Part shown: positions 58,901 to 64,000 of the stretch, piece after piece
Position numbering within the stretch: position 1 is the first letter of the stretch
Layout: each line of letters begins with the position of its first letter
DNA from: Schizochytrium sp. TIO01
Taxonomy: Eukaryota > Protista > Bigyra: Labyrinthulomycetes
NCBI GenBank assembly: GCA_004764695.1
Contig: SMSO01000032.1
Location: forward strand, 8,650,483-8,714,482
DNA: 64,000 nucleotides
Direction of reading: 5' to 3'
Made by a program: the position numbers and the translations under genes
The notes under the pieces: generated by a model
What the model was told of the DNA's origin: nothing
What the model saw: only the letters and a program-made list of their open reading frames with translations
Database searches by the model: none

Positions 58901-60473
58901 CAAAGCATCGAGAAGGCCGCCTCGCTGCTGTGTATGGCGCAAACAGCAAGCTAAGGTGCGGTTTACTACACGTCGATCGATTTTGCTATGTCGCGATTGC
59001 TGTGGGAGCATTCTCCCACACCTCGAGCTGCAGCTACTTCCTGGAGGGCTTTAGGAGCTCGAGGTGCGGGACAGAACCATCCCGCAGCAAAATCGACAAC
59101 CTTGATCCCGCCTTGGCATGCTTCGCCTTTGGTGAGTCTAATTTGATGCATCCTTCAGACATGCGAAAACATTGCGAATTTACGATCTCTTTTACTAGGA
59201 TGGCGAATAGGTAGGTAAGTACAGATGTGTTATAAACTAGGTCATCCTTAGTTTCCTACGAGATTCGATAGCGAGACTTCTTTACTCATCACTACCGGCC
59301 CTTACTGCTTACAGCAAGCAAGCAATAGCTAGCTAATCTAGCTAGAGAAAGGAATCATAAAATAGAAAATACTATTGCGAAAGCTGGTCCGAAAGCCATA
59401 ACGAAAAGCCCCATTACTTCTAAGTAGAGGCCCATTGTAATTGGATAAAGGTGTTTAAAAGTTACTTATTCTTATTGATCTTATTTAAAAGTTAAAAATG
59501 AAAATACGAAAGGCGGCGCAACAGCCACGATTGAAGAGACTTGCTGATTCGTGAGGTTTATCAGAGTTTCGCACTCAATTTGCGCATCAGAAGCGCTCGG
59601 TCCGGCTAGAGGAGCCTTGCGGAGTTCAGGGTCATTTGCAGCACGAGGTGTCAAGAAGCGACTGGCTATCAGTGGGCAAAGTCTCCTTCGGTTGGGGACG
59701 CCTGTCCTCGATTTCTTGCCTCGGATGGGTGTAATCAACAGCGCCATCGGTTAGGTAGAGCTAATATGCACCCACTAAGGCGCAACTAACTCACCAGAGC
59801 GCATTTTAGAACCTTGAACAATTAATTCCGGGTTGAAAAACAAAGAAGCCCAATCCACGGGCAGCGGATGGCTCGTATATATTCAAAGAACGGCGCGGCA
59901 GAACCCGAAAAGCACCGCCAAGCGCAGGCACTTTCGCCAGCATAGATGCACAAAAAGGCCCGCATGTCTTTTGGGATCTCTGCGGTACGAGCAGTTTCCA
60001 GGCTCTGGTCTCTTCGCCTTCTTCTTTGCAGTGAAATAACTTCTTTTTTTTATTGGAGAGAGACTTTGGAGGCGCGAAACTAACCAACACTACCATGTCT
60101 TACTGGGAAGTAGGGGCAGAGCGGACCATAAAGAACGTCCTGAGAGACCGGCTAGCTAGCTAGCTAGCTAGCCTAGCAGTGCCTAGTGAGCGGGTCAATT
60201 AGAAAATCTCGTCCAAAGGCGCATTTTGACCGGGCGAGGCTTTCGAAGTTCGAACTTGAAGGCCCCAAAGCTCGCTCATGCGCCTCGATCTCCGCCTCAG
60301 CTCAGCTCAGCTCAGCTCATCGTGGCAATCTCGGTCCGCCGCACGCGCTCGGTCTTTCCAGATTGGCGGCTCGTAGCACCGATTCGAAGAGCGAGCGGTG
60401 CCGAAGCTCTTCGGCTGGTGAAGGCTCGCTCCGTCACGGCCGATGGGCGGGGATATCGTGCACGATGAAGCAG

Positions 60474-60522
<49 letters not shown>
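60474..60522. repeat. (GCAA)n microsatellite
   Basis: Read directly. Confidence 0.96.
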
Positions 60523-61141
60523 TATGAGAAATCTAGGCCCCTGCGTGCTTCACAGCGCGCCGAGAGCCACAAAAGCTGAGGCAGCGTTGTTGGCCTTTTT
60601 GGCTTTGGAGCCGCTTATACGTTTGTGCTTTTCGAGGCTGCACTGCCGCTGAGATCGCCAGCTGCGCCGAGCCTCTCTTCTTCTACCTATTTCGAGAAGA
60701 GCTAAGTCCCTAGTTCGTTTCAGAGTTTGTTCATTTTGGCTTTTACCCAGCGCGTAGCAGTCGGCTACGGCACCGCTACGGGGCGCCGCTACTGAGATCG
60801 CTAGGGGTCTCTGGGGCACAGCGGTGACGGAGGGACCCCGGAGTGATGGGTGACTTGAGCATGTTGAGTCCAGTTGAGCTGGGATCCAGGGTGTATTACT
60901 GAAGCTGACTAAGTACAGGAGTCAAGTCGAGGCCAAAACCGCAGCGGCTTCTAGCTTTCACTTCGATGCCGCCGCCGCTGCTGCTGCTTTTGGGGCTAAC
61001 TTATCATGCGAGCAGGCTGGCGGGCAAGCTGGCGATAGAGGGGATGTCTGTCTTGAACCCAACCTGACGCTTTCATCGCGCCCTCGTCACGATCAGTCCT
61101 CTTCTTTGTTCCTGTTCCCAGTTCGAGACTGAAGGAGTCGA

Positions 61142-61175
<34 letters not shown>

Positions 61176-63455
61176 GAAGAAACAAATTGAAGTATAGAGA
61201 TAATGAGAAGACAGAAACAGTTTTCGCACTTGCACGAGCCTCCAAACAGTTGAGGCAAAGGAGCGGGAGAAAATTGCTCTTCAAAAAAAGCTTACCGCAG
61301 TGTGCGTTTGTTTTGAGGTGGAAATGTTAGGTTTCATATAGTAGGAGGAGCTGTGGGTAAGGAAAGGTTGGAAGTGTCCAAGTGAAGTGAAGTGAGGTGC
61401 AGGAAGTGGGAGTCGTACCATGAGAAAGGTTTGTTTGCTTGCTTGTTCGGGTCTATTTATGAAAGCGAAAGTTTTCAATTTTTCAAATCAAAAAAAAAAT
61501 TAAATCAAAATTTTAAAATGTATCTTGTATTGTTGGAAAAGAATAGCGAAAAGGAAGCTCAATGCTATCTTCGTCAAAAGCAACATTTTAGCATTGTGCG
61601 GAGATCTTAGTAGAACACGCGAGGTTCGTGGGTATTCATGTAAATTAACATTTCGCTTGGCGCAGGATTTATTGGTTTCTAACGAGAGAAGCTTGAAAGG
61701 TTTGGTGGTTTGTTTGATTAATAATCGCCCCCCAAAACCCGAAAATTATGATCTTCTCGAGGCGCACGCCTTGAGAGGTCAAGATCTGTCGTGTCGCGAT
61801 CGACCTCGACGTCTACATTACGGCCTAGCCGGTGCTTTGCATGATCGCTTTCTTACTCTAGAGTCCTTCAGAACAATACTTTTGTCTCATGAGATCCGAG
61901 TCTAATGGCCTCTAGCGAAGCGAATTTTCATCACGGGCATACAATACGGAGAGATTTGCTCTACGAGCGAGTTTGACAATGTTAGTGAAATAGTCTCAGG
62001 GTGAAAATTGTCACTTAGATCTACCTATACATATTCAAGCCCGACCTTTCAGTGTAGATAGCCTATTAGCTGAAGCAATTTCATTATTTGGAGCGTGGAG
62101 GTATGTGTGTAAAATCGTTGCATTTCCTTTGAAAGATAGGTGGAGGCAATTCTAAGGTGTTTCTTGTTTCACTGGCCTGTTGTACGACTAGCCGTGGCAG
62201 CAATCGACTCTGCGTTGGTCCTGTTAGGCCTATTTCTATGCGAAAGTACCGATTTTGAAGATGGGATACATTTGATGGGAACTTTCAAGCGCGAGCGAGG
62301 AGTAGGCAGGCATCTGAAGCCTTTTCAGTGGGAGATTACAGCACAGTTTAGATTCCTCTTTAATTGTCGGCGTCACGCCTCCGATTGCGTACACGGTGTC
62401 GAAAACATGGCATTGATCTAGCCTTGAAACAAAGATTGCGCACAGTGAATGAATGTCTAATGTTCGCTTCCAGATATATTAATCAGCAAAAGTCAAGTGA
62501 GATGAAGGGTTGATTTAACGGGAAATTTACAACCATGCAAAGTCACTTCCTACTCAGTAGCATACCCGAAGATCAATTAAAAAAACGTTTTAACCTACTG
62601 TTACAAATACAGCCTTCATTGCCATTCGTTGTCTTCCCCTCTAAGCTCTACAGCTTAAGCTTTCCAAAGTGCTAACTTTGGAAAATTGCCATGCGTTGGA
62701 TAGACGTTCTGTTCTCCCATCCATAGGTTCCCTTCGCCTTTCGTGATTTTATTGTTGTTTGATTATTTGCGACACAGCAAGAAAAGGAAAACCAATAAAG
62801 CGGGAAAGCTTACTTGGGCCCTACTCGCAGCTAGGTACGTAGTAGGGGCCATTGTAAGCATTGAAACGGTGACAACTATAACGAGGCGGTTTTAGCCGCT
62901 GCCTTACGCGCATGCTCTCGCATCACCGTAAGAAATCGACGGGATTCAGTCGCAGAAAAGGGCCTCAAAGTTCCTCCCAAACTTGCGCCAGGCCTCGACG
63001 GCGCGGCGGGGATACCTGCCATCCTTGGTGAGCTCATCGCAATGATCGAGCGACACTCTGAAATTACAAAAAATCGCCTCATCGGCTGTGCACAGATACT
63101 AAGACATACGCGATATACAATATACTAATACTACCTATGTCTACGTAGTGCAATAGATCAATGTTCTGCGATGCGCCGAATCAAAGGCAGAATATGAGTG
63201 ACTCAGAAGAAGATGAAAAGAACCGCTGTGCCGGAGGATGAGCTAATTAGCAGCATCTGTTCTACAGCACAATTGTAATGATGGCGAGATTGATTGATTA
63301 ATTGGTTCATCGATATATTTGAATGGTGCGCTCTCGCTCTCAATGAGCTCAAGTTTTTCTCAGCAACGTCAAGTTTCTGCAGTTTTTAACGGGTCAGCAT
63401 TGGTTGTTCATTTCTATGAACAGGTCAAACTTACATTCATCCTTTAACATTGCTA

Positions 63456-63456
63456 A

Positions 63457-63520
<64 letters not shown>
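63456..63520. repeat. (GAAA)n/(GA)n microsatellite
   Basis: Read directly. Confidence 0.96.
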
Positions 63521-64000
63521 CCTATTTTAATATGGAAAGCTTTGATCTTTTGAAATTATTACTTTAACTTTAAAAAAGTTCGCACACAAAATAGGTTTGT
63601 CTGTTTTTCACCGTCGTAATTCTATTTTCTGGGGCTGACAGTGGCGGTATACATGCAAATGGGAGCGCCCGCTCTTCGCAGGGCTTCCAGACGGAGGCGA
63701 AACGGCGGCCTCCGATCTCTCGTTTGAGTCGCGAGGCGCGCTCGAGGCTAGTCAAAACTCCGCGGCGATTATCCCGGCACCGCCTTTCCTGTTGTCTGCG
63801 ACCGAGCTCAGCGAAACGAAGGGCTCGAAGTCATGTTTGCGGCGGTTTAACTTTCCAACGTGGCATGACTCTGCTTAATATTTGGTATTTGTTTTTGTAA
63901 ATTTAATGTTTATTTTAAATTAGATGTAAACTTTTGTAAATATAGACACAGGTTAGCTGAGAATTATAAATGAAGTGATATGTAAATAAACTCGTACACC

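Noticed and set aside
59424-62857. Similar motifs GTAGAGGCCCATTGTAA (59424-59440) and GTAGGGGCCATTGTAA (62842-62857), the latter overlapping a hairpin
   Set aside because: Short, gapped match with weak flanking similarity; not distinguishable from chance by eye.
63723-63752. Hairpin followed by CTAGT, resembling a Helitron 3' end
   Set aside because: Hairpin is imperfect and only 2 nt from CTAG; no Rep/helicase remnant or second copy seen.
1-64000. tRNA, rRNA, snRNA genes and CRISPR arrays
   Set aside because: GTTCGA-type hits (e.g. about 15975, 20011, 36096) lack cloverleaf context. No spliceosomal or rRNA signatures were recognised, and the tandem repeats have no unique spacers.

Overview
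Eukaryotic nuclear DNA from an intron-poor microbial eukaryote. Mostly single-exon genes, long microsatellite-rich intergenic tracts and plant/stramenopile-type enzymes suggest a thraustochytrid-like stramenopile; this is inference, not established. About 13 protein-coding genes are supported: a 5'-truncated cysteine-type LRR protein, an ALDH12-type P5C dehydrogenase, a DUF2306 membrane protein, a 4-exon complex I subunit NDUFS7/PSST, an LSD1/KDM1-like flavin amine oxidase, a plant-type trifunctional tRNA ligase, a BAR-domain protein, a PTC7-type PP2C, a multi-EF-hand protein, a 2-exon TPR/coiled-coil/SBF2 protein, a frameshifted mitochondrial group-3 LEA-like gene, a PET117-like microprotein and an unusual lipocalin-ankyrin-ABC1/UbiB kinase fusion. 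Intergenic DNA holds many simple repeats, a probable decayed LINE reverse-transcriptase fragment, a strongly TpA-enriched (RIP-like) patch and a hairpin cluster next to a phased 10-bp repeat. No tRNA, rRNA or CRISPR array was recognised. All family calls come from motif recognition by eye; no database searches were run.
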